From contig OX442314.1 in assembly GCA_949358305.1 (NCBI GenBank), positions 7,502,001 through 7,566,000 on the forward strand: a stretch of DNA of 64,000 bases, in the 5' to 3' direction. The DNA is from Strigamia acuminata (lineage: Eukaryota). How positions within the stretch are numbered: position 1 is the stretch's first letter; the number at the start of each line of letters is the position of its first letter. A model generated the notes under the pieces. That model searched no databases and was not told the DNA's origin. It worked only from the letters and a program-made list of their open reading frames with translations. Shown here one piece after another: positions 1-9,777 of the stretch. The position numbers were made by a program, and so were the translations under genes.

Positions 1-1
1 A

Positions 2-1684
2 CGACGTTTCCAACAAGAAATTAGGGATCAAACCTCAACGTTGAAAACCCCTGTTGATTTCAAGGCACAGCAGGAATTTCCGACTAGAAAATTTCCGGCC
101 GATCCGATCGAACGCTTCCAACAACGAGTTCGCGACGAAGTACGAGATGTGGACCCAAATCCAATTCAACCTCATACACATTTCGAGTCACCGCGAAGAA
201 GGCCGAACTTGCCTGCCTTGCGTCGGGAGAAGTCGCCGTCGCCAATTATTCCCCGTGCTCAAATAGGATATGAGGAATTTCGGCCAAATTACGAAGATTA
301 TCGGACGAATCACGGGTATAACTCCCCCAGCCAGGGGAGATTCCGTCGTTCCTCGCCACCGCGACCAGATGAGTTTCAACGCTCATATTCGCCACCTCCT
401 GCAAGGGGGAGTCGAAGAAATGAACCCCGTCCACCCCAGCCAGGGGGACAAGGGGGACAAGGAGGGCAAGGGGGACATCACGCCGATAATCCCAACTTGC
501 TCCCTCCCGGTTATTTTCAACGTTCATATTCTCCACCGCCACGGAGGGGAAACAGCGCGAGTAGCACTGCTCCCACCCTGTCGCAAGACGACATGAACTT
601 ACTAGTTCAGAGATTGTCGGGAAATGTGCGAAATACCCAATCGCAACCGCAACCAAATAGGAAATTCATCTGTAAAGGAATAGAAATCCCAGCTTTTGAA
701 GGAAAGCAGGAAGACGTGTCAAGATTTTTGGAAGTCGTGAAATCAGTTTCAATGTTACGAGAAATAACATTGGACAACATGGTACATGAAATCATTCCAG
801 GTTATTTACTGGGCCATGCGCAAACATGGTTCAAACAAGAGAAACGACGTTTCACAAGTTGGGAAATTTTCGAGGACGCTTTTCTAAGACGTTTCGATCT
901 CGTCCCGCTCACGCGAGCAAGACGACTGAAAAACGTAATCCAGAGAGCTGACGAAAGCTTATATGATTTTCTGTTGCGTTTTTCCAAAGCGCAAGGGAAA
1001 ATTGCACCCGGAAGCAGAGAAGGTATAGACCACCTGTTCGATAATGTAACTGATGAAAGCTTTATGTTATTGATGAACAAGGACCTGTACGGTGAAAGTA
1101 CAGTCGAAGAAATCATTTATTTCGTGGGAAAACATCGCTGTATGTTTGAAAACAAAAAGCAACATTCGGCGCGTCTCGAGTTTGACAACAGCGAATTCCC
1201 AACATCCAATGCCTCGACAAAGGCAAAAGATAACAAATTCGCATCTAAACCATCACTCAAGAGTTCCACTGTCGGTTATGAACCAAATACCCAAGTGGAA
1301 AGTGACATTGAAGTTGATAGTGGAGACGAAGAATCGATGGAGACCATCTATATTAACCACATGGAGACCAAGTCCGGGAAGTGTTTTTACTGTTATGAAA
1401 CAGGGCACTTCAAACGGGAATGCCCGAAATGGCTAAATAAGAATAAAGCAGATTCCGCAAATAAACGTCCGGCGAGCTCACAAGCTACGCCCGATGATGT
1501 AAAACGGCCTAGACCTAACTGGGTTACGACCGAACTTCTGGACAAGAAACTAGGCGATTTACAATCAACATTGCAGTCGTCTCTTCAAAAGTCCCTTCAC
1601 AGCTCAGTTACCGATCTACTTACAAAATTCTTGAAAGCTCCTACAAGCTCGACAGAAAAAGCAGAGGAGTCAAAAAACTGTTAA
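2..1684 (+). CDS. gag: Gag polyprotein (5' partial; frame open from window start)
   Basis: Retrotransposon capsid-like segment (IPAFEG...LLGHAQTWF...SWEIFEDAFLRRF); zinc knuckle CFYCYETGHFKREC; Pro/Arg/Ser-rich N-terminus with FQRSYSPPP twice and GGQ repeats. Confidence 0.93.
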   Translation, partial: RRFQQEIRDQTSTLKTPVDFKAQQEFPTRKFPADPIERFQQRVRDEVRDVDPNPIQPHTHFESPRRRPNLPALRREKSPSPIIPRAQIGYEEFRPNYEDYRTNHGYNSPSQGRFRRSSPPRPDEFQRSYSPPPARGSRRNEPRPPQPGGQGGQGGQGGHHADNPNLLPPGYFQRSYSPPPRRGNSASSTAPTLSQDDMNLLVQRLSGNVRNTQSQPQPNRKFICKGIEIPAFEGKQEDVSRFLEVVKSVSMLREITLDNMVHEIIPGYLLGHAQTWFKQEKRRFTSWEIFEDAFLRRFDLVPLTRARRLKNVIQRADESLYDFLLRFSKAQGKIAPGSREGIDHLFDNVTDESFMLLMNKDLYGESTVEEIIYFVGKHRCMFENKKQHSARLEFDNSEFPTSNASTKAKDNKFASKPSLKSSTVGYEPNTQVESDIEVDSGDEESMETIYINHMETKSGKCFYCYETGHFKRECPKWLNKNKADSANKRPASSQATPDDVKRPRPNWVTTELLDKKLGDLQSTLQSSLQKSLHSSVTDLLTKFLKAPTSSTEKAEESKNC

Positions 1685-1713
1685 GGGGGGTTGAACCAAC
1701 CATTTCAGCCCCC
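1672..1713 (+). promoter_or_regulatory. Programmed -1 ribosomal frameshift signal (slippery heptamer plus stem-loop)
   Basis: A AAA AAC at 1672-1678 in the gag frame just before the gag stop; hairpin GGGGGTTGAA (1686-1695) / TTCAGCCCCC (1704-1713); pol is in the -1 frame and open from 1672. Confidence 0.88.
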
Positions 1714-4700
1714 ATTAAAACAGACCCATTCGATTTCTCGGAATTTTCAGATGATTTATTTGAATTATCTGGAAAGGATCAGAAACCCCCACCAATTGAA
1801 CTTGCAACCCAATTAAATAAGGAACTATTCAAGTGGGACGACTTGAACCTTGATTTAATTCCTACAACGGAACGCGCCAACAGTAATACTGGTGGCGTGA
1901 GGGAAGGAATCGATTCAATGACGAAACAATTGGAGGGACTCAGCATCTTCAACCACGGTGGAAAATGGAACGTGAAGAAGTTCAGTAACCTTCGACGTTT
2001 AGACCAACGCGGAGTTACGGAATTTGTAAAAACACTGACTGACCGACATTCTGACGACCCTCGTATGAGAGTTCAGATTGGAGGTTTGAAGTTCAATGCT
2101 CTAATGGACTCTGGTGCAACCCAGTGTTTCATTGGAATGCAACTTCTATCTCAAACCAATGCAGAACCCGATTATATCCAAGAATGTCCTCGGGGAATGC
2201 GAGTTTGTGCAGTAGGAATTAGTCACGTACCACTTGGACAAATTACACTTTGTGTCAAGTGGGCAGGCGGACTAAAATATACACCAATCAACTTTATTAT
2301 CCTGAAACATGGAGTATGTGATCTTATCATTGGTCACAACTTCATGCGACGCGCCGGAATTGACCTGAGAGCTAAAAGAGGATCATTCACATGCGATTCC
2401 ATGCCTGGATGGTCGGCTCCCTACGAAACTAGAGAGTCCGACTGTGAATTGGCACGTATCCGTACACTCGATGCTAATGGCGCCGAGACTCACACGCCTG
2501 CTGATTGGGCTGAAAAGCTTGTCGCAGACTGTGATAGTACGGACGAACGTAAGGACCAACTAAAAGCTGTCATTTTAGCAATAAAAGACGTTTTTAGGGA
2601 CAAAGTAGGTTGCACCAACTTAGCCAAGCATAAAATCACTTTGAAAAAAGATGCGAAATGGCGAATCCAACCTTATCGAATGTACAACCCGGCCAAGAAG
2701 GCCATAATGACGGAGTTAGTCGAGGAGTTGGAGGCCGATGATCTAATCGAGCCTGCAACTGGCCCGTACATCAGTCATCCTGTGATAGTAGCCAAACCAA
2801 ACGGCAAATACCGTTTGTGTATTGACTACCGTTGGCTTAACGCCATTTCAATACTCGACACAATACAAATGCCTAGTATCGACCTGTTAATCCACAGTAC
2901 GAATAAGGCCAAGTATTTCACATCATTGGATTTAACTCAGGGATATCATCAGATGGAAATGGAAGAGGAAGACAAGTGTAAAACTGCTTTCTACACACCG
3001 AAGGGAAATTATCAATTTAAAAGGATGCCCTTCGGTTTGTGCAACGCACCCTGTTCCTTCCAGAACTTGATGAGCAGAGTGATGGGTGACTCGCTGCATA
3101 AGCATGTCCTCGTCTACTTGGATGATTTGATCATCTTCTCCCACTCCTGGAAAGAACACTTGGACCACATAAAGGACGTGTTAGAAAAGCTCCAAAAAGC
3201 TAATTTAACTATCAACAAAGCCAAATCAAAATTTGGAAGAACTTCACTAAAGTTCTTGGGTCATTATATCACACCGGAAGGTTTGAATGCTGACCCCGAC
3301 AAAATCAAGTCAGTCAAGGAATTCCCCGAACCCACCTGTTCAAAGGATATACAGAGGTTTCATGGTCTGTCCAATTTCTTTAGGAAGTTTATTCCTAATC
3401 ATGCGGATATCGCTAGACCACTCACCTCAATCATGCATAAAAATGCTGCTTTTGTGTGGGGCAAGGAACAGAAAGAGGCATTTGCAAAAATCAAAGAGAT
3501 TTTGTGCGATAAAAACCAAGTTCTACATATGCCTGATATGTCAAAACCTATGGTAGTAATGACTGACGCGTCCCATACAGGGCTCGGTGCAGTTCTCTGC
3601 CAGGATGTCGAGGTGTTTAACGAAAAAACACAGAAAATGATGATGGTCCCAAAACCCGTTGCTTATGCGAGCCGAGTTTTACGAGGGGCTGAAGAACGTT
3701 ATTCCACTCCCGAACTGGAATGTTTGGCAGTTGTGTGGGCAGTTGATCGCTTCCGCCCATACTTGGAATACACGACGTTCACGCTGGAGTCGGATGCGCA
3801 AGCGTTGGGTTGGCTAATGAGAACGCCAGAACCATCCGGCCGATTTGGTCGCTGGGCAGTGAAAATCCAGTGCGGAGCATTCAAGATTGTGTTCAGAAAA
3901 GGCGCCCTGAACCAGGTAGCCGACGCTCTATCAAGAGCGCCGTTATCTGCAATGGATACGCCTATTACCGATTACATTGAGCCGGTAGAAATTAACCAAT
4001 TCTATCCTCTATGGACCGGTAATAAGAAGACTCAAGTCATTCCAGTTGAAGGACGACGTCACTTTCTAACAAATGTGAATATTCGTTTTAACGATTTCTC
4101 CGAATTAAATGAAGAAAATTCAAATAATTCTGGAGAAAAGGGGGAAGTGAATGAGAAAGGCAAAACGAAACATCAAACAACAGTATTTAGTGCATTAACC
4201 GATGTACTAAATCAAGTTCCCCCAACCCGAGCTGAAATAATCGCAGAACAATTATTGGATGATGATTGTAAAAAGATTATGGCCCACTTGAAGTTAAGTG
4301 AGGAAGACCAAGAATTAGAGACAGATCTAGACTGGCTAAATACCATAGCTGGATACTGTTTGGATGAAAGTGGGGAGGACGGCAGTAAAATGCTCATTTT
4401 CTTTCGTCCCACCTTTGAAGAGGAGTTGAACGACTCCGGAAATGGGTTTAAGGCCGTGATCCCTAAATCTCTTGTAAGAAGAGCTTTATTTGCCTGTCAC
4501 GGCCACCCCCTTTGTGGACATGCAGGTATGAGCAAGACTCTGGAAAGAGCAAAGCTCATTTATTACTGGCCAAAGATGACTAGGGATACGCGCAACTATG
4601 TCCGTGGTTGCCCGCATTGCCAGCAGTACAAGCCAAGCCAGCACCGAAAACATCGAGCGGCTTACACGCCGCATAATATGACGAATCCATGGGAAACCGT

Positions 4701-5937
4701 GAGTATCGACTTGATGGGCCCCAAGCCCGCTGGTCGATCGAAGTTACAATGGATATTAGTGATAATAGACCATTGCACCAAATGGGTTGAAGTATTCGCG
4801 TTGACAAAGGCCTCTAGCGAGAGCATTGTCAACAAGATGAGTGACGTTTTTCATCGTTGGGGTTACCCCAAAAAGATATTGTCGGATAATGGAAGACAAT
4901 TCGTGTCCACCGTCTATAGTGATTTTTGTAAAAAACATCACATAGACATGGCACATGTCAGCCCCTATCATGCCTCGGCTAACCCGACAGAAAGGGCTAA
5001 CCGTGACTTGAAGATGATGCTGGCAATTTATTCTGATGTGCACTCTCACTGGCCACGATTCTTGAACGAATTCGCGTTTGCCACGAGAACGGCCATCTCA
5101 GATGCAACTGGATTTAGCCCAATGATGCTGAACACGGGTAGAACGGTACCACTACCATTCGATCCACGTATAGTGGAACACGGGGTAAAGTTTGATAAAA
5201 ACAAACCCGAAGAATACGTACATGGCATTCTGGATGTGCTTAGAAGAGCACATCAAGAAATGCACCGGAAAATCCAGGAGAATTATGTCCGACATGACAA
5301 GATTCACCGCAACAAATATCACATTTGTCAGTATGCTGTTGGCGATCTAGTCTGGAAAGCTACACATATTTTGTCAAATAAAGAAAAGGGAATCACCGCT
5401 GGTTTCGCCGAAAAGCGAGACGGCCCCTGGGAAATCACAGCAGTATTAAAAGGAGGCTCGTATTCATTACGAAAAGTTGCCGATGGATCAATTGAGAAAT
5501 CAATTAATATCCAGGATTTGTCACCTTATATCCCGTCATTTCCGGTTGAAGCTTGGTCGGAAAACCAAACTGAAGGCAGTGAGGGGATTCATCCAACCCC
5601 AAATTGGATGGACGAACACTTCCCTGTCTCGCAACAGACAGAAGAAGATGTTGTCCCTATGGAAACGGAGGATACAGTCGAAAACGATACCCTCCAACCC
5701 ACAGACGAGGCAGTCGAGGAAGTTATCGAAAATAACGAACTCGAACATATAAAACGCCGAAATAAAAAATTATTACGAGCTGAAAGACGTTCTAAAAGAA
5801 CTCCTAAGCCTAATCGACAATTTAGCGATGATTTCGTGCAAAAAATGCAGGAATTAAATATTTCGGAAAAGAATATTTATTTCACAAAGCATGCACACCT
5901 CTACTTTGAAGAGACGACTCATCCATGCTATTTTTAA
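1672..5937 (+). CDS. pol: Pol polyprotein (protease, reverse transcriptase, RNase H, integrase), expressed as a Gag-Pol fusion
   Basis: LMDSGA protease motif; RLCIDYRWLN, LDLTQGYHQ, MPFGLCNAP, YLDD (RT); TDAS...YST.ELECLAVVWA (RNase H); HHCC, SIDLMGP, SDNG, ERANR (integrase); GPW (GPY/F-like); ORF uninterrupted. Confidence 0.97.
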   Translation, partial: KKLLRGVEPTISAPIKTDPFDFSEFSDDLFELSGKDQKPPPIELATQLNKELFKWDDLNLDLIPTTERANSNTGGVREGIDSMTKQLEGLSIFNHGGKWNVKKFSNLRRLDQRGVTEFVKTLTDRHSDDPRMRVQIGGLKFNALMDSGATQCFIGMQLLSQTNAEPDYIQECPRGMRVCAVGISHVPLGQITLCVKWAGGLKYTPINFIILKHGVCDLIIGHNFMRRAGIDLRAKRGSFTCDSMPGWSAPYETRESDCELARIRTLDANGAETHTPADWAEKLVADCDSTDERKDQLKAVILAIKDVFRDKVGCTNLAKHKITLKKDAKWRIQPYRMYNPAKKAIMTELVEELEADDLIEPATGPYISHPVIVAKPNGKYRLCIDYRWLNAISILDTIQMPSIDLLIHSTNKAKYFTSLDLTQGYHQMEMEEEDKCKTAFYTPKGNYQFKRMPFGLCNAPCSFQNLMSRVMGDSLHKHVLVYLDDLIIFSHSWKEHLDHIKDVLEKLQKANLTINKAKSKFGRTSLKFLGHYITPEGLNADPDKIKSVKEFPEPTCSKDIQRFHGLSNFFRKFIPNHADIARPLTSIMHKNAAFVWGKEQKEAFAKIKEILCDKNQVLHMPDMSKPMVVMTDASHTGLGAVLCQDVEVFNEKTQKMMMVPKPVAYASRVLRGAEERYSTPELECLAVVWAVDRFRPYLEYTTFTLESDAQALGWLMRTPEPSGRFGRWAVKIQCGAFKIVFRKGALNQVADALSRAPLSAMDTPITDYIEPVEINQFYPLWTGNKKTQVIPVEGRRHFLTNVNIRFNDFSELNEENSNNSGEKGEVNEKGKTKHQTTVFSALTDVLNQVPPTRAEIIAEQLLDDDCKKIMAHLKLSEEDQELETDLDWLNTIAGYCLDESGEDGSKMLIFFRPTFEEELNDSGNGFKAVIPKSLVRRALFACHGHPLCGHAGMSKTLERAKLIYYWPKMTRDTRNYVRGCPHCQQYKPSQHRKHRAAYTPHNMTNPWETVSIDLMGPKPAGRSKLQWILVIIDHCTKWVEVFALTKASSESIVNKMSDVFHRWGYPKKILSDNGRQFVSTVYSDFCKKHHIDMAHVSPYHASANPTERANRDLKMMLAIYSDVHSHWPRFLNEFAFATRTAISDATGFSPMMLNTGRTVPLPFDPRIVEHGVKFDKNKPEEYVHGILDVLRRAHQEMHRKIQENYVRHDKIHRNKYHICQYAVGDLVWKATHILSNKEKGITAGFAEKRDGPWEITAVLKGGSYSLRKVADGSIEKSINIQDLSPYIPSFPVEAWSENQTEGSEGIHPTPNWMDEHFPVSQQTEEDVVPMETEDTVENDTLQPTDEAVEEVIENNELEHIKRRNKKLLRAERRSKRTPKPNRQFSDDFVQKMQELNISEKNIYFTKHAHLYFEETTHPCYF

Positions 5938-6465
5938 AACAAGATAGTGTAAATGAGTCATCAACCAATCACAGAGCTCGGTCTAAAAAATAGACACCTG
6001 CTTTGAGGTTGACCTGTGAACTCACTCTCGTTAGTTCCACTACAGCTGACACATCGCTTAACAATTGGTCATCTCGTGAAGTTTTCTGTCAACGCGAAAA
6101 ATCGGGTAAATTGTGAGTGAACTAATTTACACGAGTCTCGAAAAAGACAACTTTTATTCGGTTTTATTTTAGTTAAGAGGTTTGCCCAAACTTCGTAGCT
6201 AAACCACGTGGGTTTAGGCCCGGAAAACTTCGTCTCGTCGAATTTATTCGACAGTCACCGACACCGGACGTTAATAAACGCTCTTGTTTGGACAAACAAC
6301 GAGGTTTTTTCGTAAGTTAAATTTATTCAACGATAAATTTAATTAATATTTCCGGAGTTTTAAAATTTAACCGAATTTTAATAGGAAATTTCGTACGGAC
6401 AACATTAATTACGTCAGCAAAGAAAACGTCAATTTTTCCACGGATTTACGAGCAAAGATTCAACA

Positions 6466-9046
6466 ATGAGTGGTAAAGTGTTATTTTTGTATGATAAAAT
6501 ATTCAAATACACCGCCATTAACTCGAGAAGTTATCTAGAAAGATAAAACTCGCCAAGTCATGTTATAAAGTACAGGAAGTTCTCACTAGAGGGTGTTCGC
6601 CACCCTTTGAACACGTATCAGGAATCCAGTATCTGAATTATCGTCTTTTAATCGATTAAATTAAATTGTTAAATTTATTAGTCGGTTAAAGGACAATATT
6701 TATGATATTACGGACCTTTCCGAAAAAGGAAAATACGTAAATTAAGCTGTTCAATGTTCGATTTAAATATTTAAACTCAACCGTTTAAAAGTATTTGATT
6801 GTTCAGTGTTTCGCAATAATGACGGACAGGGCATTAGACAAAGTAATTCACCTTACTTCGCTAATTAACATCCCAATGAGAATAATCGAGAAGAACGAAT
6901 TGATATATTTACCTCAAAATAAATATATCAACGTTTAGGCGGTTTATTTGAATTGATGTATTTATTTTACGATAAATACATTAATTATCGGTGACTTGTT
7001 GGTATTTATATGTTTATGTCACGATAAATATATTAAGTATCGGCAATTCATCTGGATTAGGTTATTTTTCGATAACTTTAATTCATTTGATGTGATTTCT
7101 CGAATTTAGGAAAGGATCGAGGGCCACGTAGGTCACCTAATAAACGTCGCCACGTCCATTACGATCACTCGTCGACGTCAGGCGATTCAAGTCCCGACCG
7201 CGGTAGGCCGCCCCGAAACGAGGAGACTTCCAGGTCTGATGGCTTTCAAGCTGTATTGGACTGGGCCAAGGCACGAGGAAAGGAGTTACCCGACTACCTG
7301 AGGAAATTGTTAAAGTCTGCCGAGTCAGCGGGAACCTATTCTTCCGGCAGAGAATGTGCTCAGGCCATAATGGATTGGGCCAAAGCGAGGGGAAAAGAAT
7401 TGCCCGACTACCTGAAGAAGTTAGTGAAATCAGCGGAAGCTACGGGAACGTCCTCAAAGGAAAACACGCTTCAAGTCACGATTAGAGACGAGTCCTGGAA
7501 TCGGCCTTCCACTTCTGCGTCTCATTCCTCGCACTCCAGGGAGAGAAGCAGCCGCCATGTTCGTAGTGACAATCACCCGTACCGTCCGCATTTCCATTCT
7601 GAGAATGAACCACCACGTCCGTTGACTGAACAGCCACGAGTGGTCTATCATTACTCGTCGCAAAAGCCAGCTCGAACCAATACGAGTTCCAACTGGACGG
7701 AATATCGACCAACCCAGTATCGCAGCAGCCATGTCACTCAGAAAAAGAGAGAGACGAAAGCAGCAGCAAAGCCAGTTCCAGCCAAAACCACGCCGATCCT
7801 CCCTAAAGAAAAATTGGACGCAGCCACCACCGCAATCGTAAAGGAACTGAAGAAGGCCGCACCAATCGAGGGCACCAAAGCAGAGCGCAGAGAAATTGTG
7901 GAAAAGGCCGTTAACGTCATTCTTCCAAAATGTCGTCTCCCTTACGATGAACGTGTGGAGGTTACGTGCCCGTTTTGCAATGGCGGAGGCTGGGCGATAG
8001 GAATCGTGCAAGGATGTCATGCAATGCTGTGCCCGAATTGTTCCGGGTGGAAAATTCGTGAGAAAATCTCGCCGTGGAATGACAATGTCCTGCCTTACGT
8101 GGTGATGGGGACCTCGCAGCCTGGACCCCGTATATGGTCCACCTGCGACCCCTGTCAAGTGATTCACTCCCATTTAGGAGAGGTGATCCTAGTAGACCCA
8201 CGGTTCATCGTAGACAATCACCGACCCGGCGGTTACGAGGTTACCACTTGGACTCAGGACGAGGTCCGGATGCTCGCCAATTTAAGCTTAAAAGCTAAAA
8301 AGGCAAATGAAGAATTGGAAGTGAAGCAAGCGGCACAACTGGCGATGACTCCGGTCACCGAGGCAACGATCCAATGCGGAGCCACTCAACCAACTGAGAC
8401 GTCCAAGACCCCCACACCGGTGGAGTCTCCCAAGACGATCACACCTCCACCAGGCCCACCAGCTAAGAAGTTGCCGGCATTAAAATCGGTTGTGACGGCG
8501 TATCCTTTCGTGGTTCCGGCAGGCATCACAAATGAACACGCGGCCGAGTGCGAGATTGATCACTACACTCCCATCATCAGGGAAGCCGCCTTGGACATTT
8601 TCCGACGATTGAACCAGAAGCGCAACGTTTATTACCAGTTGCCCATTTTAGTTATGAGATGGATAATGAACCCGTTGCGTACCGAGCCCTTCCCTGTGTT
8701 GGAACACATATGGGCGCGTTTGCTCGAACGTGTGAGCCAACTTCCCGCCGCCATCCATATCCGCGCAGATTGGAGTGTCGAGCTACCAACGGCTGAAGAG
8801 GTGTTCAAGCAAGAACGACAAGCCAGGGACCCACCAATTGTTAGCTTGCGCCCGTTACCCGACGGATTTGCCGCCAGAATTGGTCGACCAAGTACGTCGA
8901 GAGGAATTTCCCCGAGTGTAGAGACCCCGCTGCCGAGAAGTTCGTCGGAGGACTCGACCAAACTTATCATTGACGAGAGCGCCGACCCTGAAGCAAGCCA
9001 GAAGGACGGGGAAAAGGAAGATGGTCGCCAGAGCCCCGTCATCTAA
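6466..9046 (+). CDS. Gypsy ORF3, non-Env accessory protein of unknown function; predicted join(6466..6472,7110..9046), about 647 aa
   Basis: 596-aa ORF from the track is open upstream to about 7091; acceptor TTTAG|GA at 7109/7110; CAACAATGAGTG|GTAAAG mini-exon gives the matching phase; conserved in copy 2 with synonymous changes; CPFC...CPNC motif; splice model is inferred. Confidence 0.8.
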
Positions 9047-9777
9047 AAAGAGAAGTTACGTCCACGCAACACGTCGTGTCGGACGATATTCGTCAAGTTG
9101 AGTTTTTTAGCCTGTTCAGGCGATCAAAACAATTGTTCTACGAGATCGTGTTGTGTCCATTCCTACTAAAACGAACTAATTGTTAAAAAACTTATGGTTC
9201 TCCACCGTAATGTGCAACTAAAGAGTTGATACATTTCTTAAACCGAACTAATTTTTGTAATGAAACTTTTTTTCGTGTTGTTTTCTACAGCCCAGAGGGG
9301 TGAATAATTTGAAGAGTTTGTTTTTTCAATTTAAGTTGAACAAAATAATTTAACTGTGATACTTTATTTTTTCATTTTAACAAATGTGACTTTAATCTTT
9401 GTAACCCGAAAATTTTATTGATACAGATAACATTATATTATTTAACGATAATTTATGTGTGTTTATTTTTCAAGAAATTAACAAGTTTTGAAAGAATAAA
9501 TAGAAAAACTTTCGTTTGAACATTTAATAATTTGGTGATTATTAAAGACTATTTCGGAGTTTAACGTGATGAATAAGTCCTGATGAACTATTATATATTT
9601 TCGTACGAGGATATATAATATACGAGATGAACTATTAAAATTATATACGGAAAAATATAAATTTCATTAGTTAGTACATGCGTTAGTTGACCCTAACTGA
9701 AGAAGATTTGTCATATATCGCAGTGAAGACGAATCAAGAGGGAATATTTTAAGATATGCCCCTTGATAAGGGGGATG

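Noticed and set aside
7256..9046. ORF3 as a retroviral-type Env
   Set aside because: No signal peptide, fusion-peptide context or C-terminal TM helix visible
9578..9640. CTGATGA as a hammerhead ribozyme core
   Set aside because: No convincing stems or GAAA partner, and copy 2 has CCGATGA
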